Below, one piece after another: positions 52,282 through 63,700 of a DNA stretch of 64,000 nt. Below the pieces are notes generated by a model, which saw only the letters and a program-made list of their open reading frames with translations, searched no databases and was not told the DNA's origin. Position 1 is the stretch's first letter. Every line of letters begins with the position of its first letter. The translations under genes and the position numbers were made by a program. This DNA comes from Smithella sp. (GTDB taxonomy: Bacteria; Desulfobacterota; Syntrophia; Syntrophales; Smithellaceae): the NCBI GenBank assembly GCA_052139735.1, contig JBKQWB010000061.1, positions 16,858-80,857 of the forward strand, in the 5' to 3' direction.

Positions 52282-52713
52282 GTGCTGGCGTTGAATAATA
52301 AAATTCCTAAAATATATCTCTTCCATTGTGCAATAAGCTACGATCAAGAAGAATTGCTGCGAAATTATTCCCCGCAGAATGGTGAAATTAAAATAATTTC
52401 ATTACCCTGTTCAGGAAAACTGGACATTCTGTACCTTACTAAAGCATTTGATACCGGCGCGGATGGTGCTGCCATTATGATATGTAAAGAAGGCGAGTGC
52501 CGTTACATGGAAGGTAATATGCGCGCCAGAAAGCGGGCACAGGCCATCGATGAATTGCTGCAAGAAGCCGGACTCGGAAAAGGTCGAACTAAAATAATTC
52601 AGATGGGCGACGGGGGCATAACAGCGGCTGTTCATGAGTTAGAAGAATTCTTATTTCAAATAAAGACCATAATTGAGAAATCTCCGGCTTTGCAAATATC
52701 GCATACGGAATAG
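52282..52713 (+). CDS. mvhD: MvhD/FlxD-type [2Fe-2S] protein
   Basis: FHC, LPCSGK, GADG..IC.EGEC.Y..GN..A.KR. Confidence 0.85.
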   Translation: MLALNNKIPKIYLFHCAISYDQEELLRNYSPQNGEIKIISLPCSGKLDILYLTKAFDTGADGAAIMICKEGECRYMEGNMRARKRAQAIDELLQEAGLGKGRTKIIQMGDGGITAAVHELEEFLFQIKTIIEKSPALQISHTE

Positions 52714-52749
52714 TTTTTCTTCAGTCCATAACGGTAAGGAGTACAAGGT

Positions 52750-53640
52750 ATGAAAAATGATAGCAAATTAGCAGTAAAAACCAGCGGAAAAGAGTTTATT
52801 TTCACTGCCGAGTATTTGCCGCTTGCCGGTACCGAGGTAAAGATCGATCCTAAAATATTCGGTAACAACGTGACAGCAGTAAACGTCGCTGATAATCACT
52901 ATGGTGTATCAATTTCCAGTCTGGCAGCCTCTTTTGCATTGAGCCAGGCCGGCATTGAACCGGTATTGCAAATCGTAACCAGAGACCGCAATCGTATAGC
53001 GCTTCAATCCGATCTTCTGGGAGCCGCTTATCTTGGTATTAAAAACGTGTTGTGTCTTTCCGGTTATCACCAAACGCTTATAGGGTGCAATGAATCAGCC
53101 AATGTTTTTGATGTTGATTCCATTCAACTCATTGATATAGTTAAAAAAATGAATAACGGTCAGTTGTTGGACGGCAAAAAAATCCAGGGGAGCTTTTGCA
53201 TGTTGATCGGTGCTGCCGCTAATCCGAATTTGAAGCCGCTCGAATTGAATATTTTAAGATTAAGTAAAAAAATAGCTGCAGGCGCCGATTTTATTCAAAC
53301 ACAGTCCGTATTTGATGTCGATGCATTTAAAGTCTGGTTGGAAGCCGTCTGCAATGTAGGACTTGCCGATAAGACAGCAATTCTTGCCGGTGTCCTGCCG
53401 CTCAAAAGCGCTGCCCAGGCTAAAGAATTAGCCGAGACTCATACCGACTTCGTGATTCCTGAAGCGATCATTGACCGGCTAACGGCTGCCGGTGGTTCCG
53501 AGGCTCAAGAAAAAGAGGGCGTTAAAATAGCCGCTGAAATAATAAAAAAACTCAAGGGCCTTCCGGGACTGAAAGGCGTCCATATTTTATCCGGTGGCAA
53601 CGAGTCAACTATTAACGAATTATTATCGTCCATATCGTAA
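52750..53640 (+). CDS. metF: Methylenetetrahydrofolate reductase family protein
   Basis: TAE..P, VNVADN, RDRNRIALQSDLLGA, GADFIQTQ, GVHI. Confidence 0.85.
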   Translation: MKNDSKLAVKTSGKEFIFTAEYLPLAGTEVKIDPKIFGNNVTAVNVADNHYGVSISSLAASFALSQAGIEPVLQIVTRDRNRIALQSDLLGAAYLGIKNVLCLSGYHQTLIGCNESANVFDVDSIQLIDIVKKMNNGQLLDGKKIQGSFCMLIGAAANPNLKPLELNILRLSKKIAAGADFIQTQSVFDVDAFKVWLEAVCNVGLADKTAILAGVLPLKSAAQAKELAETHTDFVIPEAIIDRLTAAGGSEAQEKEGVKIAAEIIKKLKGLPGLKGVHILSGGNESTINELLSSIS

Positions 53641-53658
53641 TAATTGAGACTGAATAAA

Positions 53659-55068
53659 ATGCCGAAGAAATATCATATCGAAACAAAAAAGATTGCGCCG
53701 AGATTGCCGAAAATAGGTAAGTTCGGAGTTGTTGACTGGCGTGAAGATTGCGCCAGGTGTCACAATTGCGTGAAAAAAGCCTGTGTATACGACCGTTACC
53801 GACAGGAAATGCAGTATATCAAAGATCTGGATGAATTTAATGCAATGTTCTTTGAATGTATGGGATGTTTCTCCTGCGTACAGAAATGCACGAAAGGCTT
53901 GCTTGCTTTAACAGTAAATCCAAAATACGAACAAATGGGTAATGGTTATTTTACACCTGATATTATTCTAACAACTTGGAATCAGGCGGAAACTGCCGGC
54001 ATTCCCGTTTCAGGCGCCGGCTATCGAGGTAAGTTTACAGGCACCGGGTTTGACTCCATGTGGACGGATATGTCTGAAATCGTTCGTCCGACTCGTGATG
54101 GAATTCATGGTCGGGAATATATCAGCACCACTGTTGATATCGGAAGAAAACCCAAACACCTTTCGTTTGAAGACAACAAACTGAAGACATCATTATTACC
54201 GCTGGTAGACCTGCCGGTTCCGATTATCATTGATATGTTCCCTGATAAATATCATTTTCCCAACCTACAGCCAATGTTACTGGCTGTTGCTGTTAAAACC
54301 GGTACGATGGTTATCTTTGACTGGGAACAGCATCATCTACTGGGAAAGTATGAAGAAAAATATTTATCGAACATAATTTTCTATCTTGGCAAAGAGACGT
54401 CTATGCCAACGGCGGATATACTTAAACAGTTGCGTCTTATTGAAATTGCCGATAGCGATAAAACCGAGCAGCGGATAAAAGAGATTAAAGCTGTCAATTC
54501 GGAACTTGTTGTTTCGGTCAGAGTTGAACTGGATGCACGCGGCGAGGAGAGGTGTATCGCGCTGGCTAATAACCCCATCGTTGAAGCCATACATATTGTG
54601 TCCGATATAAACGGTAATCAAACAGGAGTAGAAAAACCTAAATTTATAAAGGATATGACGCGGACCATCCACACGTCTCTTGTAAAAGGAGGCATCCGGG
54701 ATGAAGTCACCCTCATCGCCAGTGGCGGCATTGCTCTGGCGGAACATATGGCAAAAGAAATTATTTGCGGTGCGGACGCCATCACGATTAATATGCCGCT
54801 TTTAATCGGTCTTGAATGCCGATTTTGTACAAATTGCCGTGATGGTTTTGTCTGTCCGGCGAAGATTGAGACTATCACCACCCAATATGGGGTCGGACGT
54901 ATGACGAATTTAATTGCCGTTTGGCATGACCAGTTGATTGAGGTGATGGGAGCCATGGGGATGCGGGAAGCCCGCCGTCTGCGTGGTGAAACCGGCCGTG
55001 CATTATTTTTTGAAGATCTCGAGGAGGATACTTTTGGAAGGCTTTTTGGCAAAAGAGTCGGGGCTTAA
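53659..55068 (+). CDS. Ferredoxin + glutamate-synthase FMN-barrel-like subunit, degenerate paralog
   Basis: CARCHNC/CMGCFSC, LIASGGI, K.IICGADA, C..C..C....CP; lacks the QGAKPG motif. Confidence 0.8.
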   Translation: MPKKYHIETKKIAPRLPKIGKFGVVDWREDCARCHNCVKKACVYDRYRQEMQYIKDLDEFNAMFFECMGCFSCVQKCTKGLLALTVNPKYEQMGNGYFTPDIILTTWNQAETAGIPVSGAGYRGKFTGTGFDSMWTDMSEIVRPTRDGIHGREYISTTVDIGRKPKHLSFEDNKLKTSLLPLVDLPVPIIIDMFPDKYHFPNLQPMLLAVAVKTGTMVIFDWEQHHLLGKYEEKYLSNIIFYLGKETSMPTADILKQLRLIEIADSDKTEQRIKEIKAVNSELVVSVRVELDARGEERCIALANNPIVEAIHIVSDINGNQTGVEKPKFIKDMTRTIHTSLVKGGIRDEVTLIASGGIALAEHMAKEIICGADAITINMPLLIGLECRFCTNCRDGFVCPAKIETITTQYGVGRMTNLIAVWHDQLIEVMGAMGMREARRLRGETGRALFFEDLEEDTFGRLFGKRVGA

Positions 55069-56620
55069 AGAAGTCCTGCCTGAAAATACAATTAAAACAC
55101 TGGTGCCGGAAGTTGAGGTATCGAGTGAAGTCAAGCCGGCGCCCTCACGCTATCGTAATGAGATAGCCAAATATATCATCCGCCGAAGCAGTGATTGTAA
55201 ACTCTGTGGTAAATGTGCTCAGGTTTGTCCGCACGGCGTGCATGTATTGAAACCAGGTTATAAATTATTTTCTGCCCCGCATTTGAGCGTATGCATAGGT
55301 CCTTCCTGCCAGAAGACTGACCATTATTGTATAGACCTGTGTCCAAATAAAGCGCTTCAAATGGTTGAAAATCCCATGTTGAAGGCGATGGGTGACTATC
55401 GCTGGACACCGGATATGCTCATAGCGACCTGGAAAATGGCGGAAACAGGGAAATCCCCGTCACCTGAATACGGGTACGATTATGAAACCGGAGCTTCCGG
55501 AGGCGGGTTTGATCGGTTGCGATTCAAATTTCCTAAAAAACCACCCGTTGAATTACGAGACGATGAAATCGACACCAGTATTGTGCTCAACAAGCGGAAC
55601 GACGGCAGGCCACAGGTGAAAATCGATGTTCCCTGGTATGGCGGCGGTATGTCTTTCGGTTCCGTTAGTAACGTGATCCAGCTTTCCAAGGCACGTGCGG
55701 CCACGGCGTTTAATACCTTTACCTGTACCGGTGAAGGTGGATACATGGAACGCATGAAGCCATATGATAACCATGTCATCACACAAATTGCCACCGGTCT
55801 TTTCGGTGTTCGTGAAGAGACAATCCAGCGTGTCCGCATTGTTGAATTCAAATACGCGCAAGGGGCCAAGCCAGGTCTGGGTGGCCATCTGTTGGCCGAT
55901 AAAGTAACTCCGGATGTTGCCAGGATGCGTGAAACCGTTCTGGGTATTTCACTTTTTTCACCCTTTCCGTTTCATAGCGTTTACTCCATCGAGGATCATC
56001 AAAAACACATGGACTGGATCAAGCATGTTAACAGGCGGACCCTGATTGCCACCAAGGTCTCTACACCTAACGATGTGGATATGGTTGCTGTGGGAAGCTA
56101 TTCCGCCGGTACCCATATCGTGCATCTGGACGGCGGATACGGTGGAACCGGAGCAGCACCTGACATCGCCAAGAAAAATATCGCCATGCCGATTGAGTAT
56201 AGTATCGTCAAAGTCCATCGCTTCCTGGATCAGGAGGGTATTCGTGATAAGGTTACGCTGATCGTTAGCGGTGGATTGCGGACGCCTCATGACATTGCCA
56301 AAGCGATTGCGTTGGGGGCCGATGGTGTTGTTGTGGGCACTTCCGAACTGGTTGCACTGGGTTGCATAAGATGTTCACGCTGTGAAAGCGGTCGCGGTTG
56401 CCCGCGTGGTATTGCCACGACCGACCCAGAACTAGCCAAAGATGTTGATCTTGAATGGGGCACACAACGGATTATCAATCTATATGCCGCCTGGCGAAAG
56501 GAACTTGTAGAAATATTGAAACGATTCGGATTGCGGAGTGTGAGTGAGTTACGGGGACGCACAGACCTTCTGATGCACCTTGATTATACCAATGATAATG
56601 ATGTGGAGATTCATAGATGA
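55046..56620 (+). CDS. Ferredoxin + glutamate synthase FMN-binding subunit (archaeal GltB2/GlxD type)
   Basis: CKLCGKCAQVCP, GGMSFGS, TGEGG, KYAQGAKPGLGGHL, SGGLR, CIRCSRCESGRCPRGIAT; probable TTG start at 55046. Confidence 0.9.
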   Translation: MAKESGLKEVLPENTIKTLVPEVEVSSEVKPAPSRYRNEIAKYIIRRSSDCKLCGKCAQVCPHGVHVLKPGYKLFSAPHLSVCIGPSCQKTDHYCIDLCPNKALQMVENPMLKAMGDYRWTPDMLIATWKMAETGKSPSPEYGYDYETGASGGGFDRLRFKFPKKPPVELRDDEIDTSIVLNKRNDGRPQVKIDVPWYGGGMSFGSVSNVIQLSKARAATAFNTFTCTGEGGYMERMKPYDNHVITQIATGLFGVREETIQRVRIVEFKYAQGAKPGLGGHLLADKVTPDVARMRETVLGISLFSPFPFHSVYSIEDHQKHMDWIKHVNRRTLIATKVSTPNDVDMVAVGSYSAGTHIVHLDGGYGGTGAAPDIAKKNIAMPIEYSIVKVHRFLDQEGIRDKVTLIVSGGLRTPHDIAKAIALGADGVVVGTSELVALGCIRCSRCESGRGCPRGIATTDPELAKDVDLEWGTQRIINLYAAWRKELVEILKRFGLRSVSELRGRTDLLMHLDYTNDNDVEIHR

Positions 56621-59232
56621 ATAACGGGATGATCGAAAAACTTTTAGATTCCCGACAAAAACTGATTGAGGAATTAAACATTCCTTCACCTACTTACAAA
56701 GGGGAGGAAGAAGGTGGTTGCGGTGTCGTCGGCTTTTGTGCCACCGAGCCGGTTGCCGCCCGGCATATTCACGAGCCGTCCAAACAGATGCATAACCGTG
56801 GGAACGGTAAGGGCGGCGGAATTGCGGCGTTAGGTTTTATACCGGAGCAACTTGGAGTCACCCGCGATGTTTTGGATAACTATTATATGGTGCATATTGC
56901 GTTTCTGGATAATGAGATCAGGCCGGAACTGGAAAGCAAATACATCACTCCTTATTTCGAAATTAAAACTTCTCATCTGATGGATACCGTTGCTGACTGG
57001 ACAACAATTCCTTCTTTGGAAGCCAAGCCCCCGGATGTCATGCGCTATTTTGTTCGCGTTAAACCGGAAACGCTGGATGCCTTTATTTCGAAAAATGAAT
57101 TAGCTGGATTAAGCCGTGAAGATGCTGAAGGCGAATTCTTAAGCCAGCAAAGCGTTAAGCTGAATCAGGAATATTACGCTTCACTCGGTGATAAAAAAGC
57201 CTTCGTGATGTCTTACGGTAAGAATATCATGATCCTGAAAGTCGTTGGGTATGCGGAATCAATTACAGATTATTATAAGATCGACGATTTGAAGGCGCAT
57301 GTCTGGATTGCCCATCAACGGTTCCCAACCAAAGGAAGGGTCTGGCATCCTGGAGGCGCGCATCCCTTCGGAGCGATAAATACCGCGTTGGTCCATAACG
57401 GCGACTTTGCCAACTACAGTTCCGTCAGTGAATATCTTGCGCAACGTCATATTTATCCGCAATTCCTGACCGATACAGAAGTATCAGTTCAGATATTTGA
57501 TTTGCTGGATAGGACTTATCACTATCCGTTAGAATATATTATCGAGGCTTTGGCGCCTACGACAGAAATAGATTTCGACAGACTTGCCAAAGAGAAGCAG
57601 TCCATTTATCGTGCAATTCAGGCAACTCATATTCATTCTTCCCCGGATGGCCCCTGGTTCTTTATCATTGCCCGCACCTTGGCGAAGGCTGACAAATTTC
57701 AACTCATGGGTATTACCGATACATCCATGCTCCGTCCGCAGGTCTTCGCTTTTGCCGATGGTGAAGTACAAGTCGGCTTGATTTGTTCTGAAAAGCAGGC
57801 GATTGACGCAACATTACTAAGTATGTCTAAAGATGACAGCCGTATCTGCCCGGTTGCCGACAAGTACTGGAACGCCCGGGGCGGCAGTTCAACGGATGGC
57901 GGGTCGTTCATTTTTACTCTTGAAAAAGAGAAAGCCGGTAACTATCGGCTAAATTGTACTGATAAATTCGGTGTTCCTGTAAGGTTACCGTCAGGAATGG
58001 AAGTCGCTGATTTAACTAAAGAAATAAAAAAACCCGCTACTCATACTGATAAGATTGAGAAAGATATTCGTGAACGATTTGATGCCGACAGCCAGATAGT
58101 CTTCCATTATTTTACGGAAAGTCTTGTTAACTGGTCCTTTGCCGATATTGGCTTTGCCTGTGATACGGTTATTAAACTGGCTAAAGATTCGAATCAATTC
58201 GCAAAAGCCATTGAAATATTAACGCTGCTTAACGACCGGCGATATTGCACCGGTACGAAGAAGCGTAAGCACATCCTGCAAACCGTTCGTGCTGCTTTGC
58301 GCAAATTGTTTGCCCTTATCCCTTTAATAGGGGAAACATCGGCAAGTGAGTTCCGGTTGATCAATTGTAAAACCAGAAAACAATTAAGAGGACCTAATGT
58401 CGAAGAGAAGACTCTGGTAATCGATACGCTTGGTTTTCCGCCGGAAGGAAACGAATCGAATGCCTCGCTTTTATTAGACGGATACATGAAGGGTTGGAAA
58501 CACTTCATCGTTTATAACTGTGCCGGACAGCGTTTTACCGGTTGCGGCCTTGGACCTCACACTGAGGATGTTACGATCGATGTTTATGATAATGACGGCG
58601 ATTATCTCGGTTCCGGCATTGATGGTTTGACCATTACCGTCCACGGTAATGGTCAGGATCAATTGGGTCAGATCATTAAAGCCGGTAAGCTGGTGATTCA
58701 CGGAGACACGGGACAAACATTCTTGTATGGCGCCAAAGGCGGATCCATTTTTATTCTGGGTAATGCTGCCGGCCGGCCATTGATTAATTCCGTTGGTAAA
58801 CCAAGGGTCGTGATTAACGGCACCTGCCTGGATTTCCTTGCTGAATCCTTCATGGCGGGAGATGTCTTTAGCGGCGGCGGTTTTGTTATTCTGAACGGTA
58901 TAACATTTGATGATCAAGGCAACATAGTTACTTTGAAAGAACCCTATCCCGGCGGCAACCTGTTTTCGCTTGCTTCCGGAGGTGCCATATACGTACGCGA
59001 TCCTCATAAGTATCTTATCCGCGAGCAGTTGAACGGCGGAAATTTCTTCAAGATGACAGATCAAGATTGGGAGACGATCTTGCCTTATCTTCAGGAGAAT
59101 GAGCGTTTGTTCGGGATTAGAGTGGATGACCTGCTGACGGTTGACGGCAAACATAAGCAGCCCGGTCAAGTCTATCGAAAAGTTGCTCCGGATAAGCTGT
59201 CGGCTGACTTCCAAATCGAGTCAGACGAATAG
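56617..59232 (+). CDS. Class II glutamine amidotransferase + GXGXG domain (GltB1-GltB3 fusion)
   Basis: CGVVG after a short propeptide, HQRFPT, AHPF, HNGD, DTE; C-terminal GQRFTGCG, GDYLGSG, YGAKGG beta-helix. Confidence 0.88.
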   Translation: MNNGMIEKLLDSRQKLIEELNIPSPTYKGEEEGGCGVVGFCATEPVAARHIHEPSKQMHNRGNGKGGGIAALGFIPEQLGVTRDVLDNYYMVHIAFLDNEIRPELESKYITPYFEIKTSHLMDTVADWTTIPSLEAKPPDVMRYFVRVKPETLDAFISKNELAGLSREDAEGEFLSQQSVKLNQEYYASLGDKKAFVMSYGKNIMILKVVGYAESITDYYKIDDLKAHVWIAHQRFPTKGRVWHPGGAHPFGAINTALVHNGDFANYSSVSEYLAQRHIYPQFLTDTEVSVQIFDLLDRTYHYPLEYIIEALAPTTEIDFDRLAKEKQSIYRAIQATHIHSSPDGPWFFIIARTLAKADKFQLMGITDTSMLRPQVFAFADGEVQVGLICSEKQAIDATLLSMSKDDSRICPVADKYWNARGGSSTDGGSFIFTLEKEKAGNYRLNCTDKFGVPVRLPSGMEVADLTKEIKKPATHTDKIEKDIRERFDADSQIVFHYFTESLVNWSFADIGFACDTVIKLAKDSNQFAKAIEILTLLNDRRYCTGTKKRKHILQTVRAALRKLFALIPLIGETSASEFRLINCKTRKQLRGPNVEEKTLVIDTLGFPPEGNESNASLLLDGYMKGWKHFIVYNCAGQRFTGCGLGPHTEDVTIDVYDNDGDYLGSGIDGLTITVHGNGQDQLGQIIKAGKLVIHGDTGQTFLYGAKGGSIFILGNAAGRPLINSVGKPRVVINGTCLDFLAESFMAGDVFSGGGFVILNGITFDDQGNIVTLKEPYPGGNLFSLASGGAIYVRDPHKYLIREQLNGGNFFKMTDQDWETILPYLQENERLFGIRVDDLLTVDGKHKQPGQVYRKVAPDKLSADFQIESDE

Positions 59233-59262
59233 TTATTTTTTTCAAATGAGAGAGTATCGAAA

Positions 59263-59832
59263 ATGACAACAAGAATTACAAAACAGAAAGCCACTGGAGA
59301 TCTTTTCAAGGCCGTCCAGGAAAAAGCAGATGTTAATTTAAGTGTCTGCTACCAGTGTAAGAAGTGTTCTATCGGCTGTCCTGTAGCCGACCAGACCGAA
59401 TCGCCGCCTTCTGAAATCATACGAAGACTGCAACTCGGCGCCGGCGACGAACTATTACAGACTGACCTCATTTGGACATGTCTATGCTGTGAAACATGTT
59501 ACGCCAGGTGTCCTAATCAGATAAACTTTCCCGCTGTGATTGATGCCTTAAAGTCCATCGCTTTGGAAAAAGGTGTTGCCAGACCGGAGGGTGATGCGCC
59601 GTTATTTAACCATTTGTTTCTGAACACGGTCAAGTCTTACGGTCGCGTTTACGACCTGCAGGCTATTGCCCTGTATAAACTTAGAACCGGTAACTTGAAA
59701 CAGGATACGGATAAATTCCCCACGATGCTTAAAAAAGGCAAGATAGCAATACTGCCGCCGTCGGGTGGCGACAAAGGTAAAGTGAAGCGTATCTTCAAAA
59801 AGACAGCGCAAAACAGAGGAACAGGAAAATGA
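59263..59832 (+). CDS. hdrC: Heterodisulfide reductase subunit C-like
   Basis: CYQCKKCSIGCP and CLCCETCYARCP. Confidence 0.9.
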   Translation: MTTRITKQKATGDLFKAVQEKADVNLSVCYQCKKCSIGCPVADQTESPPSEIIRRLQLGAGDELLQTDLIWTCLCCETCYARCPNQINFPAVIDALKSIALEKGVARPEGDAPLFNHLFLNTVKSYGRVYDLQAIALYKLRTGNLKQDTDKFPTMLKKGKIAILPPSGGDKGKVKRIFKKTAQNRGTGK

Positions 59833-60704
59833 AATACGCATATTATCCAGGGTGCTCTGCTCATTCCACTGCTCGCGACATGCATGAATCATGTCTGGCG
59901 GTAGCGAAAGCACTTGATATTGAACTGAATGAAATCAAGGGTTGGACCTGTTGCGGGGCCAGTGCCGCTCACCAGACCGACCGGAATTTGGCTGTCTCGT
60001 TGGCCTCTGCCAACCTCCTCTTGGCCAAAGAGATGGGCATGGACATGGTGGTCAATTGCGCCGCCTGTTATAACCGCTCGAAGGTTGCCAACTATGAAAT
60101 TAAAAGTTCCGAAGAGGTGAAACGATCCGTTGCTGATAGTCTCGGAGAAATTTATGACGGATCGGTTCCGGTACGACACTTTGTTGAGATTCTTTTAAAA
60201 GATGTTGGACCGGCTAAGTTGCTTAAGAAGATTATTAATCCGTTGAAGGATCTCAAAGTGGCTGCTTATTACGGCTGTTACCTGGTCCGTCCGCCGGAAG
60301 CGACCAACTTTGACGATCCGGAAAATCCCACGATTCTTGAAAGCCTGATCGATGTGACAGGCGGTACGAGTGTTGAGTGGTCGGGCAAAGTAGATTGCTG
60401 CGGCGGTATGCAAAACCTTACACGAACAGAAATTACTATCCGGCGTTCGGCTGCAGTCATAGAGATGGCAAAAGCTGCGGGCGCCGAGTGCATCGTCGTT
60501 GCCTGCCCGATGTGTCAAATCAGCCTTGATGTCAGGCAGGCCGATATGGAAAAGCTTCTCGGCAAGAAATATGATATGCCGATTATTTATCTTACACAAT
60601 TACTCGGTCTTGCTCTTGGTCTTTCACCTAAAGAACTCGGGTTGAACAAACTAATGGTAAGTCCGGCAGCCATATTAAAGAAAGCAAAAGCAGCAATCTC
60701 GTAA
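59829..60704 (+). CDS. hdrB: Heterodisulfide reductase subunit B-like (two CCG domains)
   Basis: YYPGC, WTCCG, CAAC, YYGC, DCCGG, ACPMC. Confidence 0.92.
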   Translation: MKYAYYPGCSAHSTARDMHESCLAVAKALDIELNEIKGWTCCGASAAHQTDRNLAVSLASANLLLAKEMGMDMVVNCAACYNRSKVANYEIKSSEEVKRSVADSLGEIYDGSVPVRHFVEILLKDVGPAKLLKKIINPLKDLKVAAYYGCYLVRPPEATNFDDPENPTILESLIDVTGGTSVEWSGKVDCCGGMQNLTRTEITIRRSAAVIEMAKAAGAECIVVACPMCQISLDVRQADMEKLLGKKYDMPIIYLTQLLGLALGLSPKELGLNKLMVSPAAILKKAKAAIS

Positions 60705-60752
60705 AAACTGCTTATTGATGATAGACGATTAAAGACTATTTAAGGTTACGAT

Positions 60753-63700
60753 ATGCATAAAAGTGAAAAAAAATTAACAGGTGCTGTTCTGGTTCAGGGC
60801 GGCGGCATCGCCGGTATTCAGGCAGCCCTCGACCTCGCTGATTCCGGATTTAAAGTCTATCTTGTTGAGCGTGATGCGGCCATTGGCGGCATGATGGCTC
60901 AACTTGACAAGACATTCCCGACCGGCGATTGCGCTACCTGTATTGTATCCCCCAAACTGGTCGAATGTGCCCGCAATATCAATATTGAGATACTCACCCT
61001 TTCCGAACTCGTTGGTTTGGAGGGGGAACCGGGTAATTTTAGGGCTAAAATCAAGGTCTCTCCAAGATATGTCGATGAAGCGAAATGCAATGCCTGCGGT
61101 CAGTGTACCGATGCCTGTCCGGTTAACGTGCCCAATCCGTTTGACTGTGAAATGGGTACCCGAAAAGCGATCGCCAAGCTCTATGCTCAAGCAACGCCTA
61201 ATAAATTTGGTATTCTGAAGCTCGGTCATTCTCCCTGCAGAGTTGAATGTCCGGCGAACATCAACATCCAGGGCTACATTCAATTAATAAAGAAAAAGGA
61301 ATACCTCAAGGCCGTTAATCTCATTCGGGAGCGAAATCCGCTCTCCGCCATTTGCGGACGGGTTTGTACTCACCCCTGCGAATTAAAATGCACGCGCAAT
61401 GATGTAGATTCATCTGTTTCCATCAGATTATTAAAGCGTTTCGCTTCGGACCAGGAAATGGACATGGTCAAATCCGGTAAACTGGCTCTTCCGGAAGAGA
61501 AGATTTCATCCGCAGACGCCAAAAAAGTTGCCGTCATAGGCGCCGGACCTGCCGGTCTTACAGCATCTGCCGACTTGGCGGACAGGGGATATTCAGTGAC
61601 CGTTTATGAATCGACGTCAGCAGCAGGCGGTATGTTGCGATGGGGAATTCCCGTTTACCGCTTGCCGAAAGATGTACTGGATTATGAAATAGAGCTTATC
61701 CGTCGCAAGGGCATTAAATTTGTTTATAATACCCGCATCGGGATCGATATTTCCATGGATAAACTGCGCCAGGAAAATGCGGCCGTATTTATCAGCATCG
61801 GCACCCAGAGCAGCAGGAGTCTGGGTGTTGAAGGTGAAGACAAACCAGGGATCTCTTATGGTCTGGAGTTCCTGCGTCAAGCCGGAGATAAGGATAACCG
61901 TCCTAAACTGAACGGCAAAGTCGTGGTTATCGGCGGCGGCAACGTTGCTGTCGATGTAGCCCGATCTGCTTTACGCCTTGGCGCCGACGCAGTCGAGATG
62001 GTGAGCTTGGAACAGCGCTATGAGATGCCGGCTTTACCCGAAGAGGTTGCCGCCGCACTCGAAGAGAATATAAAAATTCACAACGGATGGGGTCCGAAAC
62101 GTGTTCTCGGAAACGATAAAGTCAATGCCATCGAGCTGAAACGCTGCACCAGAGTTTTTGATGAAACAGGGCGATTCAGCCCCGCCTATAATGATAATGA
62201 GACAACGACATTAAATGCCGACCAAATTATCGTTGCCATCGGTCAGGCGGTCGATAAAGACTCCCTTGGTAACATGGGAGCGGCAACAGAACGTAATTTT
62301 TACAAGGTCGATAAAATCACTCTGGAAACATCCGTAAAAGGCGTATTTGCCGGTGGTGATGACATTCCAGGCAGTGCTTCCGTTATCGGCGCTGTCGGCG
62401 CGGGCAAGCGGGCGGCGGAATCGATTGATCGTTATCTCAAAGGCGAGGATATGTTGTCCGCAAGATTTGAGTCTACGGTAAAACAAATTGCTCCGGAATT
62501 TCTGCCTGAAACCAAGGGCATGGAAAAGAAGCCGTGTGCCGAACAGGCAATCCTGCCGGTTGCTCAACGTGCTAATAATTTTAACGAAGTTGAAGAAGGT
62601 CTTACGGAAGAAGCTGCCCTGGCAGAAGCCGAGCGTTGTCTCAATTGTGCTCTGTGTTCCGAGTGCCAGCAATGCGTTGTTGCCTGCGAACAGCATGCTA
62701 TTGACCATTCGATGACGGAAAAGATCATCGAGCTTAATGTCGGTTCTGTTATCCTGACACCCGGTTTTGAAGAATTTGATGCTGCGAAAAAAGGCGAATA
62801 TGGCTATAACCGGTATCCTAATGTGATTACCAGTGTACAGTTCGAGCGTATGCTCTCGGCTTCCGGGCCGTTCGATGGCCATGTCATCCGGCGATCCGAT
62901 GGTCAACCTGCCAAACGTGTCGCCTGGATCCAGTGCGTCGGCTCAAGGGATACACGCTGCGGCAATGAATACTGCTCTTCAGTTTGCTGTATGGTTTCCA
63001 CCAAGCAATCGATGATAGCGGCCGACCACTTACCCGGACTGGAAGCATCCATTTTTTATATGGATATCCGGGCTCATGGCAAGGACTTTGACCAGTATTA
63101 CGAGCGGGCAAAGAAACAGGGTGTAAATTACATCAAAGGTATACCGTCCCGCATTATCCAAATGCCCGATACAAGGGACCTGCGGGCGACATTCTATAAC
63201 GAAGCCAATCAATTACAGGAAAAGGATTTTGACCTGGTTATTTTATCTGTCGGCATGGAACCCGGCTTATCTGCCGTGGATACTGCCAAACGTTTGGGTA
63301 TTGATCTGAATGAATATGATTTCTGTTCCACCGATCGATTTACGCCGTTGAATACCTCCCGTCCGGGAGTTTTTGTCGGCGGCGCCTTCCAGGAACCGAA
63401 GGATATCCCGGAAACAGTCACTCAGGCCAGCGCAGCGGCTTCAATGGCTATGGAATTGTTATCATCCGCCCGCAACACACTGATTACCAAAGCAGTCTAC
63501 CCGGATGAGCACGATGTCACCGACGAGCAGCCACGGATAGGCGTTTTCATCTGCCACTGCGGCCGCAACATTGCTTCCGTGATCGATGTGGAAAAAGTGG
63601 TTCACGCCGTGGCTCAGGATCCGAATGTTATCTTTGCCACTCATACGTTATTCACCTGTTCAGATACCAGTCTGGTCAATATCCGTGACGCCATCCGCGA

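Noticed and set aside
58474-59214. 246-aa antisense ORF
   Set aside because: Antisense shadow of the GXGXG domain with no motifs of its own
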